Virus record (IMG/VR): IMGVR_UViG_3300025030_000067 | Span: 1 to 64,000 of that record | DNA: 64,000 nt | Reading direction: 5' to 3' (one strand) | Source of the DNA: a virus | Shown: positions 37,742 through 47,694 of the stretch, piece after piece | How positions within the stretch are numbered: position 1 is the stretch's first letter | How the letters are laid out: every line of letters starts with the position of its first letter | Translations under genes and position numbers: made by a program | Notes under the pieces: generated by a model | The model's input: the letters and a program-made list of their open reading frames with translations, nothing else | Told to the model about the DNA's origin: nothing | Databases searched by the model: none

Positions 37742-40700
37742 CTATGCCTCCAACTGTTTAATGTGGCGTTCGAGCATGGCGCCGACTTCTGCCGAGCCTT
37801 GCTTGCCGAGCCGTTCATGACCTTTGTATTTAAGGATGTTTTTAGCTGTTTTGGCGTATTTTTCGGGGGTCGAATAATCCGGGTGGTCGGTGTTTATCCC
37901 CATGCCGCCGCGACCTTTTTTATCGTGCCGCTCGAATGCGTCGTGAAGTTCCTTGACCATCTCATGGTGAGGTTGCCCTTTTTGCGCGACATTCGCTGTT
38001 GCTCCGGATGCTGTGGTGCGAGTGTATGCAGCATGATCGGAGTGCTGTGACTTGCGTAAGATATGCGCTACAGAGAGGGCACAACTTTTCCTGACTGGCT
38101 CCTGTACTGTTTTGGGGCTTCCGTCGCCCTTTGGTCGTTTCGACTTGATCAGGTACATTTCACGTCTCCTTCCCTTAAATAACCTCACTTGCAGTAGTCC
38201 TGAGTGATCACCCGGGAGATGATCGGCCATGGGCTCTTTGTTTTCTTTGGCCGGCATGTTTTCTTCTTTCCATTTTTCCCAATGGGTGTGGGCTCCGTGG
38301 ACCTCTTCTTCTGCATCGAGTATCCGCTGCTTGGTGTGATCATCCAGTGTGCCCCAGTGGGGGAGGTGGGCGAACCGTTCCTGTCGCAGTTTATGGAGCT
38401 GGTGGCTGCTCTCGGTACGTGCCAGCTTGATTGCGTAACGCTTCACTCGGCTGTCTTCGTGGGCATCGATGTGTGCAAGTGCCCCGGATGCAGTCGTGCG
38501 GTCGTAGGCTGTGACGTGCGATTTCAGGAGCCGAACGGCTGCGGTTTCGCTGCTGACTCGTCCTTGCCTGCCTGCTCTCGTTTGTTCTTGGGTTTCTTCT
38601 TTTTGGACTTTGCAGCTGCAGCTTTCTTCTTGTCCGCAACATCCATTGTGTCCGCATCCGCAAGAGCTTTTTTCAAGAGTTCCGACTTCTTCTTGTACTT
38701 TTCCTCGTCGCTTAATTCCGCCATTGCTTCCTCCGTGCGATTTTATCAGGTGTGTTAAGGCTGGCCGCTGTAATGACTTTTTCACACCATCATCGGAACT
38801 ATTCACCTTGTCAAGAGCCTGCTTTACGACCTGCTCTTTGTTCTTTGGCTCCGCTGGTCCCGAGAACATGTCCACCTCGGGGTTTTCCCGGCTGGCAACC
38901 TCGTTTTTGATGCCGTTGCTGATGGCTCGGAAGACGTTTTCCAACCTGTTGCGAGATCCGGCTCGGTCGCTGATCGCCAGTATCATGTCAACGGAGTGAT
39001 CAGTTTTGAACTTCGGGGTGTCTCCGGTGAAGTCCAGCGAGCCAGCGTTTTTAAGAGTGTGCTCCAGCTCTGCCTTACTCTGGTTCTGGTGTGCCAGTGT
39101 GTACTCGATCGCTTCCATCATGTCCGGCACCACGTCCAGGTCGTCATGGCCTTTGATCTGGGCGAAGTCGCCGACGCACCCGTTCAGCGCCTTGAGTATG
39201 TTCCTGATCTTCGGCTTGGCGCTCTCGGCTTGCAGCTCGGTCAGCATGGAGCTGCCGTATACTTTCGTGAAGACCGCGTTCTGGATCCGCTCGATGCATT
39301 TCTTGTTCGGGTCGCCGTCAGCATCGCGCAGGCCGGCTGATTCGTTCTTGCCCAGCTTGTCGAGGAATCCATTGATGAAGTCCATATTTTCGTCGTTGTA
39401 GATTTCACCGTCTTCGTCGACCGCGAACTTCTTGAGCAGGCTGTCGTCGATTCTGGCCGAGTCATTCCATGCCTGTTCTGCTGGCGAAGAGCCGAGGTTG
39501 CCGGTGTCGTTGGCTTCTCTGGCAAACTCTGCCCGGTCGGTATTTTTGTCGTCATCGCTGCGGACTCTGACCAGTACCGGGTTTTTCATCTTCTCGACAT
39601 CTTCCGGCTTTATGCCGAACGTGTCCGCTTCGCCTTTCAGCCATTCCTTGTAGTGATCCGCCAGTCCGCGCTTGTACGCTTCCGTCAGGGCGATGGTGCG
39701 ACCATTGCCGCTTTCGACAGCTCCATCCTTGCCGACGATTGGAGCGCCATGAGCAGCCATTGAACCGGCACCGAAAAGTTCCGGCTTGATATCGTTCATC
39801 ATGTTTGCCATTTGCATCTGGCTCGATAGGCGTTCCCGTTCTCGGGGCTGTATCTCTTGAGGGTAAGCTCTGTTGATATGTCCCTGGATGGTGTGGGAGG
39901 TCGTCAAGTCGTCGGATTCCACCAGCGCATACTTACTGCTGACCTCGTTCATCTTGGCCGTGTAGGCTTTGTTCTCTTTGCCCATGACGAACTTAGGCTC
40001 TTTCTTGCCGGTGTCCACGCTCTGGACTTCCTTCTTGCCCTGGAGGCTGGATATCTGCTCTTTGTCCTTGCTCGGGTCGCCACCGGCGAAGTGTACCGTG
40101 TGGCCGTCGCTATCCTTCGACATGATTATGGAGTGGCCGTCTTTCTCGTATTTCGTCGCGGTGCTGTCGCGATCGACCTGGTGACCGTAGTGCTTCAACA
40201 GCTTCTCGCGGTAGTCGTCAATGGCCGCCGTGTAGGTGTTGCTCCGGCTGGTGTTTATGTTCTTGAGTACTGAGACTGGGTCGTCGCTGGCTGCTGCGGC
40301 TTCGCGCATCTTCTTCATGCCGCGTTCGGCTGTCTGTAGAGCTCCGTTCTCCCGGTTCTTCGCCTTGATCTCTTCATGCTCCGGCATGTCTTCTTTTTTG
40401 CCGCCCTTGTGCCCTTCGATTGGCTTCACCTGATGGACTTCGCGCTCTTTCCAGCCTCGGCTCTTGAGGTGTTCGGCCAGCTGATCGCCGTGTTTCAGTT
40501 TGGCTCCCGAGTGTATCTCTTCTCCATGCTCATTTTGGTGCTTGAGCACGTCCTGGTGCTTCTTGACACGTTTGTCGTCGTGCTCTTGCACTACCGAGCC
40601 GTCCTGCCTGGTATATTGCTTTACGTGGGACTTGATCAGCATGGACCGATCCATGAGATTGTCGGCTCTCAGGCTCTTGGTGAATATGTCGATATCCATC

Positions 40701-42256
40701 AGCGCCTGTTCCCAATTATTGAACCGGATGGCCCGGTCGTCGAGATACACGTCCGCGATTGGCTTTCCGTCGTTGCTGTCTTCTGGTTGATCGGTTTTTT
40801 TGTTGATCTCGTCATATGGGATGTCGTTAAATCCGAGATAGCCTCGCAGTGCCGGTGTTTCCTGCCGAGTGGTGAAAATGATGATTTTCCATCCCGCTTG
40901 CTTAAGTGCCTGCATGGCTGCCGAGACTTGCGGCAACGGTTCTCCGAACGTCTCGGCCCCTTGCCATCCCTGCGAGTAATCGGCAATTACTCCGTCGAAG
41001 TCCACACAGATGGTCTTCTGGTGGATGCTTGCCGACTTTCTGAGCGTGGTCTCTTCCCGCAGGCTTTTGAGGAAGCCGAGCAGCTCCTTGGCTCCCTTGG
41101 TCCTGGCTAGTCGTACCAGCGCCGTTTGCATATGCGACTTGACCGCCGCTGCGTCCCATCTGTCTACTGCTTCTGATCGAACACCTGTCCGGTTGAGCGC
41201 TGCCGCGATATCCTGTTCTTTGTATCCGTGGTCGAACCGACCAAGGCCGAATTTCATTTTGATTATGGCGGATGCAATCGGGTCGTCGAGTGCGTCCAGC
41301 TGCTCTGCGATACCGTTTGCGAGTCCTTCTTGTTTAGCTGCGTTCGATTCGTTGGCTGGTCCTACTGCGGCTTTTGCTGCGATATCGCGCATGCCTGTTT
41401 CGTAATCGTCTTCACCCTGGGTGTCGTATGACTGTTCTTCCTTCAGTCGGTCGTTGTTGGTGATCAGGTGGCGCATGGCCGCCGTCTTGCCGGTACGGGC
41501 TATCGTTTTGGCGACGTTGCTCTCTGATGCGGTGCCGGCCAGATAATTCTTGAACTCCTGTATGTCGGCATCGCTGGCGTTGGTTCCGGATGTTCTCAGG
41601 GCTCCGATCGCCGCCGTGATGTATTCGCTGTACAGTTCGTTCGCTGCCGGGTCATCGTTGTGGAGCACTCCGTTGGCGACAACGTAGTTCGGGTTATATC
41701 CGTTTCTGCTGGCCAGGTGTTTGAGCGTCCCTTTCATTCTGTCAACTATGGCCGGGTGCTGCAATATCTCCGCCTCTGGCATGCCAATGCGTTCCATCCC
41801 GACCAGCGCCCTGCGTGTGCTTTCCTCTGCCGTCACACGGCCACCTGTGCCCTTTGGTGCTTTCTCCGCCGTATGCTCTTCTTCTGTCCAGATGTGGTCT
41901 CGGCTAATATCTTTTATATGCGGAGGGTTTAGTGTGTATCCTTCGCGTACTGGTTTAACTTCGTATCCGGTCTCGTGGCTGCCACCGACGATATGTCCGC
42001 GCTTTTTGCGGTTCATCTCCGGGGTGCGGTAGTAGATCTTTTCGCCATGTTTCGGCTCGGAGCTTTCTTTGCCTCGTACCTTCACCTTGCGTTGGTGTTC
42101 TGCGACTTGTGCGATGGCCCCTGACGCGAGGTGTCGTGTGCCTGCGTGTACCGTATGGACTTCTTCATGCTTGGGCGGCTGGTAGTCGAACAGGCTCATT
42201 TGTGATTTTCTGAGGTAGAAGAATTGCGTGATGTGTTTGATCATCCTTGCCTCCAC
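37742..42256 (-). CDS. 1504-aa multidomain (polyvalent) protein: sigma-like, HAD phosphatase-like and DdrB-like ParB domains
   Basis: Sigma-4-like IIKMKFGL..YKEQDIAAAL; HAD motifs VDFDGV, FTTR, KP.ADVYLDD; ParB-like YPQEIQPRER...GAPIV...VESGNGR; domains separated by xxKS motifs. Confidence 0.85.
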   Translation of the reverse strand: MEARMIKHITQFFYLRKSQMSLFDYQPPKHEEVHTVHAGTRHLASGAIAQVAEHQRKVKVRGKESSEPKHGEKIYYRTPEMNRKKRGHIVGGSHETGYEVKPVREGYTLNPPHIKDISRDHIWTEEEHTAEKAPKGTGGRVTAEESTRRALVGMERIGMPEAEILQHPAIVDRMKGTLKHLASRNGYNPNYVVANGVLHNDDPAANELYSEYITAAIGALRTSGTNASDADIQEFKNYLAGTASESNVAKTIARTGKTAAMRHLITNNDRLKEEQSYDTQGEDDYETGMRDIAAKAAVGPANESNAAKQEGLANGIAEQLDALDDPIASAIIKMKFGLGRFDHGYKEQDIAAALNRTGVRSEAVDRWDAAAVKSHMQTALVRLARTKGAKELLGFLKSLREETTLRKSASIHQKTICVDFDGVIADYSQGWQGAETFGEPLPQVSAAMQALKQAGWKIIIFTTRQETPALRGYLGFNDIPYDEINKKTDQPEDSNDGKPIADVYLDDRAIRFNNWEQALMDIDIFTKSLRADNLMDRSMLIKSHVKQYTRQDGSVVQEHDDKRVKKHQDVLKHQNEHGEEIHSGAKLKHGDQLAEHLKSRGWKEREVHQVKPIEGHKGGKKEDMPEHEEIKAKNRENGALQTAERGMKKMREAAAASDDPVSVLKNINTSRSNTYTAAIDDYREKLLKHYGHQVDRDSTATKYEKDGHSIIMSKDSDGHTVHFAGGDPSKDKEQISSLQGKKEVQSVDTGKKEPKFVMGKENKAYTAKMNEVSSKYALVESDDLTTSHTIQGHINRAYPQEIQPRERERLSSQMQMANMMNDIKPELFGAGSMAAHGAPIVGKDGAVESGNGRTIALTEAYKRGLADHYKEWLKGEADTFGIKPEDVEKMKNPVLVRVRSDDDKNTDRAEFAREANDTGNLGSSPAEQAWNDSARIDDSLLKKFAVDEDGEIYNDENMDFINGFLDKLGKNESAGLRDADGDPNKKCIERIQNAVFTKVYGSSMLTELQAESAKPKIRNILKALNGCVGDFAQIKGHDDLDVVPDMMEAIEYTLAHQNQSKAELEHTLKNAGSLDFTGDTPKFKTDHSVDMILAISDRAGSRNRLENVFRAISNGIKNEVASRENPEVDMFSGPAEPKNKEQVVKQALDKVNSSDDGVKKSLQRPALTHLIKSHGGSNGGIKRRGKVQEEVGTLEKSSCGCGHNGCCGQEESCSCKVQKEETQEQTRAGRQGRVSSETAAVRLLKSHVTAYDRTTASGALAHIDAHEDSRVKRYAIKLARTESSHQLHKLRQERFAHLPHWGTLDDHTKQRILDAEEEVHGAHTHWEKWKEENMPAKENKEPMADHLPGDHSGLLQVRLFKGRRREMYLIKSKRPKGDGSPKTVQEPVRKSCALSVAHILRKSQHSDHAAYTRTTASGATANVAQKGQPHHEMVKELHDAFERHDKKGRGGMGINTDHPDYSTPEKYAKTAKNILKYKGHERLGKQGSAEVGAMLERHIKQLEA
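38524..38724 (-). CDS. possible nested small basic protein overlapping the polyprotein in another frame
   Basis: GGAGG RBS 5 nt before ATG; MAELSDEEKYKKKSELLKKALADAD... Confidence 0.4.
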   Translation of the reverse strand: MAELSDEEKYKKKSELLKKALADADTMDVADKKKAAAAKSKKKKPKNKREQAGKDESAAKPQPFGS

Positions 42257-42272
42257 TGTGGTCGTAGCAATA

Positions 42273-42311
42273 ATACTATGCTATGCTGTGGCGTATATCA
42301 AATTGTTTGCC
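42273..42311 (-). promoter_or_regulatory. putative promoter containing the 13-bp box (polyprotein)
   Basis: Minus strand GGCAAA-caat-TTGATA-N17(tacgccaca...)-TAGTAT. Confidence 0.65.
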
Positions 42312-42349
42312 GTATCATTTCAGGTTTAACCCTTTGGGTATGTGTATTC

Positions 42350-42708
42350 TGATGGTTCTTTGAAAACTGCATAGGGAAGATGATGGTCGGAGCGGTATCT
42401 ACGCGCAAAGAGTATATGTGACGAATCTGACGGTAGCTGGTCCCGAGAGGTGTAAAAACTCCAGCGGAAAACAGAATTGATCGAGAGCACAGCCACAAAC
42501 TACATGATCAGGTGAAAGTCCGGTGGTAAGGGTAGATCTTGGGCAGTCCGGGTAAGGGTGGCGTTGAGGGTATGTGCTACATGGGGTATCGGGATGATCA
42601 TCGGAGTCAGAAATGGAGGCCGACCAAGGCGACTTGGTTGGGTGCCCAACACTCATTGCGATGAGGGCTATGTGTAGCGATCCCTATGCAGTTTTGAATC
42701 AACCATCA
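42350..42708 (+). ncRNA. candidate structured non-coding RNA (~360 nt)
   Basis: Terminal stem: 42350-42357 pairs with 42701-42708, and 42363-42377 pairs perfectly with 42681-42695. Internal hairpins; no credible ORF. Strand inferred. Confidence 0.5.
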
Positions 42709-42727
42709 CAGGTAAACGGGGGCATTT

Positions 42728-42952
42728 GTGGCTAAATCAACGGTAAATATTGGCAAGCGAACGGCAGAACAGCAGTTCTATGCCGAGGCAGAAATTTTGG
42801 TATCGACTCCTGCTGGAGAGGGTGTCTTTTATGGCATGACTCATAGTCGCAATTCCTCACAGGAAGTTCTGGCGAAGGTCTGTTACGTCGATAGCATTGT
42901 GCTGGTCCCGCTTTCTGATGTGAAGATCGTACGGTCTGGAGGTGTCGCATGA
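42728..42952 (+). CDS. hypothetical protein
   Basis: First ORF of the plus-strand island; ATGA overlap with the next gene. Confidence 0.5.
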   Translation: MAKSTVNIGKRTAEQQFYAEAEILVSTPAGEGVFYGMTHSRNSSQEVLAKVCYVDSIVLVPLSDVKIVRSGGVA

Positions 42953-43257
42953 AAGGCTTGCGTTGTTCGATCTACCAGAATCCATCTGGTAATTTTTCTG
43001 CTGGTGGCATCTCGTCGCGGGTTCGTCAGGTTACTTTGGTTGGAGAAGACATCGATGGTGTCTTTGAACCGTCTGACGATGCGCCTGCCGTGCATCTCTG
43101 CAAGCGTCAGCTTACCGAAGATCGGGAACATGTCTTCGCAAAGCCGGTGGAGTTTGGTGCCTCGCATTCTATGATGGGCGGTTGTTTCATCTGGACGTCC
43201 GATGGCCGTTTCCCGGCAAACTATCCCATCCCTTTGCATGATCGCGTTGAGTCGTAA
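42949..43257 (+). CDS. hypothetical phage protein
   Basis: GGAGG RBS; MMGGCFIWTSDGRF..YPIPLHDRVE motif. Confidence 0.7.
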   Translation: MKGLRCSIYQNPSGNFSAGGISSRVRQVTLVGEDIDGVFEPSDDAPAVHLCKRQLTEDREHVFAKPVEFGASHSMMGGCFIWTSDGRFPANYPIPLHDRVES

Positions 43258-43292
43258 TTGTACTGTAGCGCATATCTAATTTTGGAGGTTTT

Positions 43293-44888
43293 TTGATGTT
43301 GTCTAACAAAAGTTTCTATCCTACACCGGCTGCACTCGTACAGAAGATGGTTTTCAAGATTAAGGGCCATCCGCGCAAGGTGTTGGAGCCGTCTGCCGGC
43401 AAAGGAGACCTGGCGGAAGGCGTTTCTTCCCGCTGGAAATACTCCGGCAGTCATGCCGCCGAACTGTCTGTGATCGAGATCAATCCGGACTTACAGGCGA
43501 CCCTCCGGGGTAAGGGGCTCAGTCTGATCGACTCCGATTTTCTAGCCTACTCGGGTGCTGACCAGTTTGATCTGATCATCGCCAATCCTCCGTTCGACGA
43601 CGGCGACAAGCACTTGCTCAAGGCTCTCGATATTATGTATCGAGGCCAGATCATCTTCCTTCTAAACGCCGAGACGCTCCGTAATCCTCACACCAATGAC
43701 CGCAAGCTGCTCGTGCGCCGACTGGAAGAGTCTGGAGCCGAGATTGAATTTATTCAGAATGCCTTTCTTGCTGCCGAGCGTAAGACCTCTGTTGAGGTTG
43801 CCCTGATAAACATCGTAATCGACCGCAAGGTTGAGGATGATCTGTTTGCTGGCTGCGACGATCACTCGGCTCGGGCTCATCAGACGGTTGCGGATAAGCA
43901 TGAGGTGTCCACGGGCAAAACGATCGCCGAGCTGGTCCTTGAGTACGACGATATCATCCGGGTTGGCACTGACACCGTAGTCGGGTTCTATCGCAATTAC
44001 CGGAAGGTTGGCCAGTATCTCTCGCTAAACGATTGTGGCAAAAACGACAAGTCATATTCTTCGGACGACCTCACCACTCTCATGCAAAACCAGGTCAATG
44101 CTCTTCTAAAATCTGTCCGCACCTGCTTCTGGCGTCGGACGTTGGAACTTAAAGACTTCAAGGCCAAGTTGACTGAGAAAAAACGCCGAGAGTTTGAGGA
44201 TGCTCTGGTGTCGCATTGCCATATGGACTTCACCGAGTCGAATATCCGCCAGTTCATGCTTAACCTGGTCGGCTCTTACGAGCAGACGCTGACGGACGCC
44301 GTCCTGGACCTATTCGATATGTTCACCGTTCGGCACTGCTACGAGCGGGGTGTTCACGAGAAAAATGTTCATATGTTCAACGGCTGGAAGACGAACAGCG
44401 CCTTCAAGGTTGGGCGCCGAGTAGTTATCCCGGTCCGGTCCGGCTATGGGTCTCCGTTCCTCGGGTACCGGGGCTGGGAGTTGAATTATTCCGCTGCCTC
44501 TTTCCTGGACGACGTTGACAAGGTCATGAATTACTTTGATGGCGGTACTCCGTATCGCTCTCTTTCCAATGCCATCACGGGTTCCTTTGCCAATGGCGAC
44601 AGTTCGGGGCAGTCCACCTATTTCAAATTCATTTGTCACAAGAAGGGCACCATCCATCTCACGTTCATAAGCGAGGACATCCTGCGGCGCTTCAACGTTG
44701 TTGCCTGTCGCGGCAAGGGCTGGCTGCCGGGTGACTTCGGGGCGAAGGGCTACGGCCAGCTGTCGGCTCCCGAGCGTGCCGTGGTGGATTCGTTCGAGGG
44801 CGAGAAGTCCTACGATGCCAACCGTACCGTTGCTTTGTTCGGCGGATCCGCTCTGCCGCAGATAGAATTGTTTCAGGAGGCCGCATGA
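43293..44888 (+). CDS. N6-adenine DNA methyltransferase with DUF4942-like C-terminus
   Basis: FYPTP, VLEPSAGKG (motif I), IIANPPF (motif IV), KKGTIHLTF. Confidence 0.88.
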   Translation: MMLSNKSFYPTPAALVQKMVFKIKGHPRKVLEPSAGKGDLAEGVSSRWKYSGSHAAELSVIEINPDLQATLRGKGLSLIDSDFLAYSGADQFDLIIANPPFDDGDKHLLKALDIMYRGQIIFLLNAETLRNPHTNDRKLLVRRLEESGAEIEFIQNAFLAAERKTSVEVALINIVIDRKVEDDLFAGCDDHSARAHQTVADKHEVSTGKTIAELVLEYDDIIRVGTDTVVGFYRNYRKVGQYLSLNDCGKNDKSYSSDDLTTLMQNQVNALLKSVRTCFWRRTLELKDFKAKLTEKKRREFEDALVSHCHMDFTESNIRQFMLNLVGSYEQTLTDAVLDLFDMFTVRHCYERGVHEKNVHMFNGWKTNSAFKVGRRVVIPVRSGYGSPFLGYRGWELNYSAASFLDDVDKVMNYFDGGTPYRSLSNAITGSFANGDSSGQSTYFKFICHKKGTIHLTFISEDILRRFNVVACRGKGWLPGDFGAKGYGQLSAPERAVVDSFEGEKSYDANRTVALFGGSALPQIELFQEAA

Positions 44889-46684
44889 AACCGCAAGAGG
44901 TAGTCACTCGTCTGATGGAGATGCGCACGGAAGTCCTGCGCACGATGCCGCATGTTGGCTGTAGCCCGTTATTCAATCCGGAGACCGACCCTTTTTCTCC
45001 GTTTTGTAATTGCTACAAGCGTGACCTGCTTCGTGCTCTTTTGGCTGCCGAGGGCGATGTCCGTGTTGCTCTTGGCCTGGAGCCGTTCTGATGTCATTCC
45101 ACCGTCCCGGCTTTTACCCGGTGAATGAAGGAGGTAATTGTAATGGTTGATCCGCGCATAAAACTGATGGTCGATAAGCTCTGGCTGGAGTGTGAGTATG
45201 GCCGTATCGATGATGATTGGACGTGTGGCTTCCTCATGGACATGAAGGCCCGTATCAAGCTTGACCGTCCCTTTTCTGACAAACAGATTGAGAAAATTGA
45301 GCAGCTCTTCGAGAGGTACTAAAAATGAGCAATTCACTTATTGAATATGATCATGCGGTAAAAGAGGCACGGGCTGGGCGTGGTCGGTCGGTTTCAGATG
45401 AAGAGCTGTATAACCACATGCTGAAAAACTATCCCGAGTTTTCCCGCCTACCGTCGCTGCAGGACGTTATAAAACAGGCAATTGGTGGTGGGTACGCCGT
45501 GCGCCATGATTCTGGTCGGCTGTTCCTACTGCCTGACCATACCAAGGGGGTTTTGATATGAGTCGCACACCTGGCTCGTGGTCTGTTCGTGAAGCTTATT
45601 CCAATGGAGAGCCATGTGGCTTTGTAGTCCATTCCGGAGCCATTGATATCTGTGAAGTTGCATCTCGGGATGATGCTGATTTATTGGCTGCTGCTCCAGA
45701 TCTTTATGCGGCTTGTGACGAAGCTGACACTGCTTTGGCGGTTATCGGTATTTCCGAACTTACTCCGCAGGCTCGGGGCTGCGTTCGTGAGGCTTGGCCG
45801 ATGGTCCAGGCTGCGAGAGCGAAGGCTAGGCCGGGGAGCGTTTACGCCGAGGTCATTGACGAGGCTCACAAGTCGGAGATATCGCGGCTCGATGCTGTCA
45901 ATTCCGATCTGCAGGCGGCACTGAAAATGATGCTGGATTATGTCAATGGCCTTCCAACAATGCCTTGCATCAGTAAGGCTATGGTGGTAGTGGGGGCTGC
46001 GCGTAGCGCCTTGTCCAAGGCCGGGGGTTCCGTATGAGCAAGCATAGTCCTGGACCGTGGGAGTATCGCCATTTTGCCGCATGTTCGACCGGGAACCATA
46101 TTGAATCGGCGTCCGACATGGTGAAAATTGGCAGCAAAATGATTCATATTTACAACAAGCACGATGCCGTCCTTATCTCCGAGGCACCAAATATGCTTGG
46201 CATGCTGGAGCTTGCCTTGAAGTATCTGGAACATCCAGACGTGCAGGCCATTCCTTTTGCTGCTCCAGCCGAGTGTGTTGCTGACCGTATGCGTGCTCTC
46301 ATTGCAAAGGCAAAAGGCGGAAAGTCATGATTGCCGCACGCTTCCGCAATGGTCGACTGTCGTTGGCAGTGCCTTCTCGTGGTGAGTTTGGTGATTGCAT
46401 TTGCGAGCACATGCTGACTTATGACGAATTATTAGATATCCAGCAGAGTATAGATTCGGCTTTGTCGGAATATTTGGTTTATAAACTCTCTGATGGCGAC
46501 GCCGATGTTGCCTGATCCTTTTGATCCGTTTGTCAACGTTGCCGGCTTCGTCAGAGAGTGTTGGCGGTGTGGTCATGTCTTGACCCGGGAGAATGACCAT
46601 CTGCACAAGTGTCCTGTATGTGATGATTCTCGGCTTGTCCCGTACGGCAGTAGATTTGAGCTAACGGCGGATTTCCTTTATTGA
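44885..46684 (+). other. cluster of short overlapping hypothetical phage genes (44885-45091, 45125-45322, 45325-45561, 45558-46037, 46034-46330, 46327-46515, 46493-46684)
   Basis: Head-to-tail ATGA overlaps. Two share a TPG(S/P)W...DA.L(L/I)..AP motif common in phage early genes. Confidence 0.6.
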
Positions 46685-46742
46685 TCTGATAGACAGCAGT
46701 AAATAGTCCTGATATAATTGCGGCATATTCCCTGGAGGGTGT

Positions 46743-47123
46743 ATGCCGCTTTTGTGTCCGGACTGTGCATATTCTGCTGACGAAGACGAACCTTACTGCT
46801 CCCGCTGCGGTCATGATCTTGTGCGTTCGCTCCGGCAGCGCAGTGTCCCTGTTGTGGTTCCTCGACAGGAGGTGGTAGTTGATCGCTTCAAGGTCAACTG
46901 CGTCTGCTATGGAGAGGTTCTTCGGTTTGATCCGGTTGACGAAGCGATGTCGTCTGTATTTCGCTGCGCCAAGTTCCAGCAGCGTGTTGATTGCATCGGT
47001 TGCCCGATCTGCACCAAGTGTGGGCAGCTCAAGTGTACTTGCGGTTTTGTCGGCATATCCATCGATGTGAAAATAAAAGGCACCGTCATCGAGACAGTGC
47101 CTTTGCGTGATCGGCTGGAATAG
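46743..47123 (+). CDS. Cys-rich zinc-ribbon protein
   Basis: CPDC..CSRC..CIGCPICTKC; GGAGG RBS. Confidence 0.6.
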   Translation: MPLLCPDCAYSADEDEPYCSRCGHDLVRSLRQRSVPVVVPRQEVVVDRFKVNCVCYGEVLRFDPVDEAMSSVFRCAKFQQRVDCIGCPICTKCGQLKCTCGFVGISIDVKIKGTVIETVPLRDRLE

Positions 47124-47129
47124 CTTTAG

Positions 47130-47690
47130 TTATGCGTTTTTCTTTGCTGCCCATTCCCTGTGGTATTTATTGTAACAATCCGCATGATAATAATTTTTCT
47201 TGTGTTTTTTCATATTAGCAACGTCATCGTACTCGTGACACCCACTACATTTTCTCCAGTCTTCGTTTCCGCACTCTTTTAATGCAATCATCTTTCGATG
47301 TATCGTTTGATGTTCTGCCCGGTTCTTGCAAATCACTATTCCATACTTGTCGGTTCTTCCTTTGTTGTTATCCGTATGGTGAACCACTGCTCCAGGAGGC
47401 AATGGGCCACCTATCATTTTTTCTGCGATAACAATATGTTCAAGCACATATCCATTGGAGCACGAACGCGGATGTTCTGGCATCAGGATCGTATTGTAAC
47501 CTTTTGCTGTTTTGCGGTTGCCGCCTTTCCATTGGCTATGTTTTTCTCCATGTTGAGGTGGATTGTGCCCTGGACAATACTTGTTTGGGTCTCCTTTTTT
47601 GATGCCGAGCCTGGCATTGCTTCTGCTTTGGAATTTCGTCTTTCCTCCGCATCCACAGTGACACTCTCCGTATGAAATATCTTTTTCCAT
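47130..47690 (-). CDS. HNH homing-endonuclease-like protein
   Basis: Probable start MEKDISYGECHCGCGG; WKGG, GYVLEHIVIAE, VVHH.DN...EH..IH motifs. Confidence 0.75.
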   Translation of the reverse strand: MEKDISYGECHCGCGGKTKFQSRSNARLGIKKGDPNKYCPGHNPPQHGEKHSQWKGGNRKTAKGYNTILMPEHPRSCSNGYVLEHIVIAEKMIGGPLPPGAVVHHTDNNKGRTDKYGIVICKNRAEHQTIHRKMIALKECGNEDWRKCSGCHEYDDVANMKKHKKNYYHADCYNKYHREWAAKKNA

Positions 47691-47694
47691 CTTA

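Noticed and set aside
22086-41932. Numerous long plus-strand ORFs opposite the virion genes (e.g. 32515-33534, 31074-31802, 40376-41110)
   Set aside because: Antisense shadows of strongly coded minus-strand genes, with no motifs or RBS.
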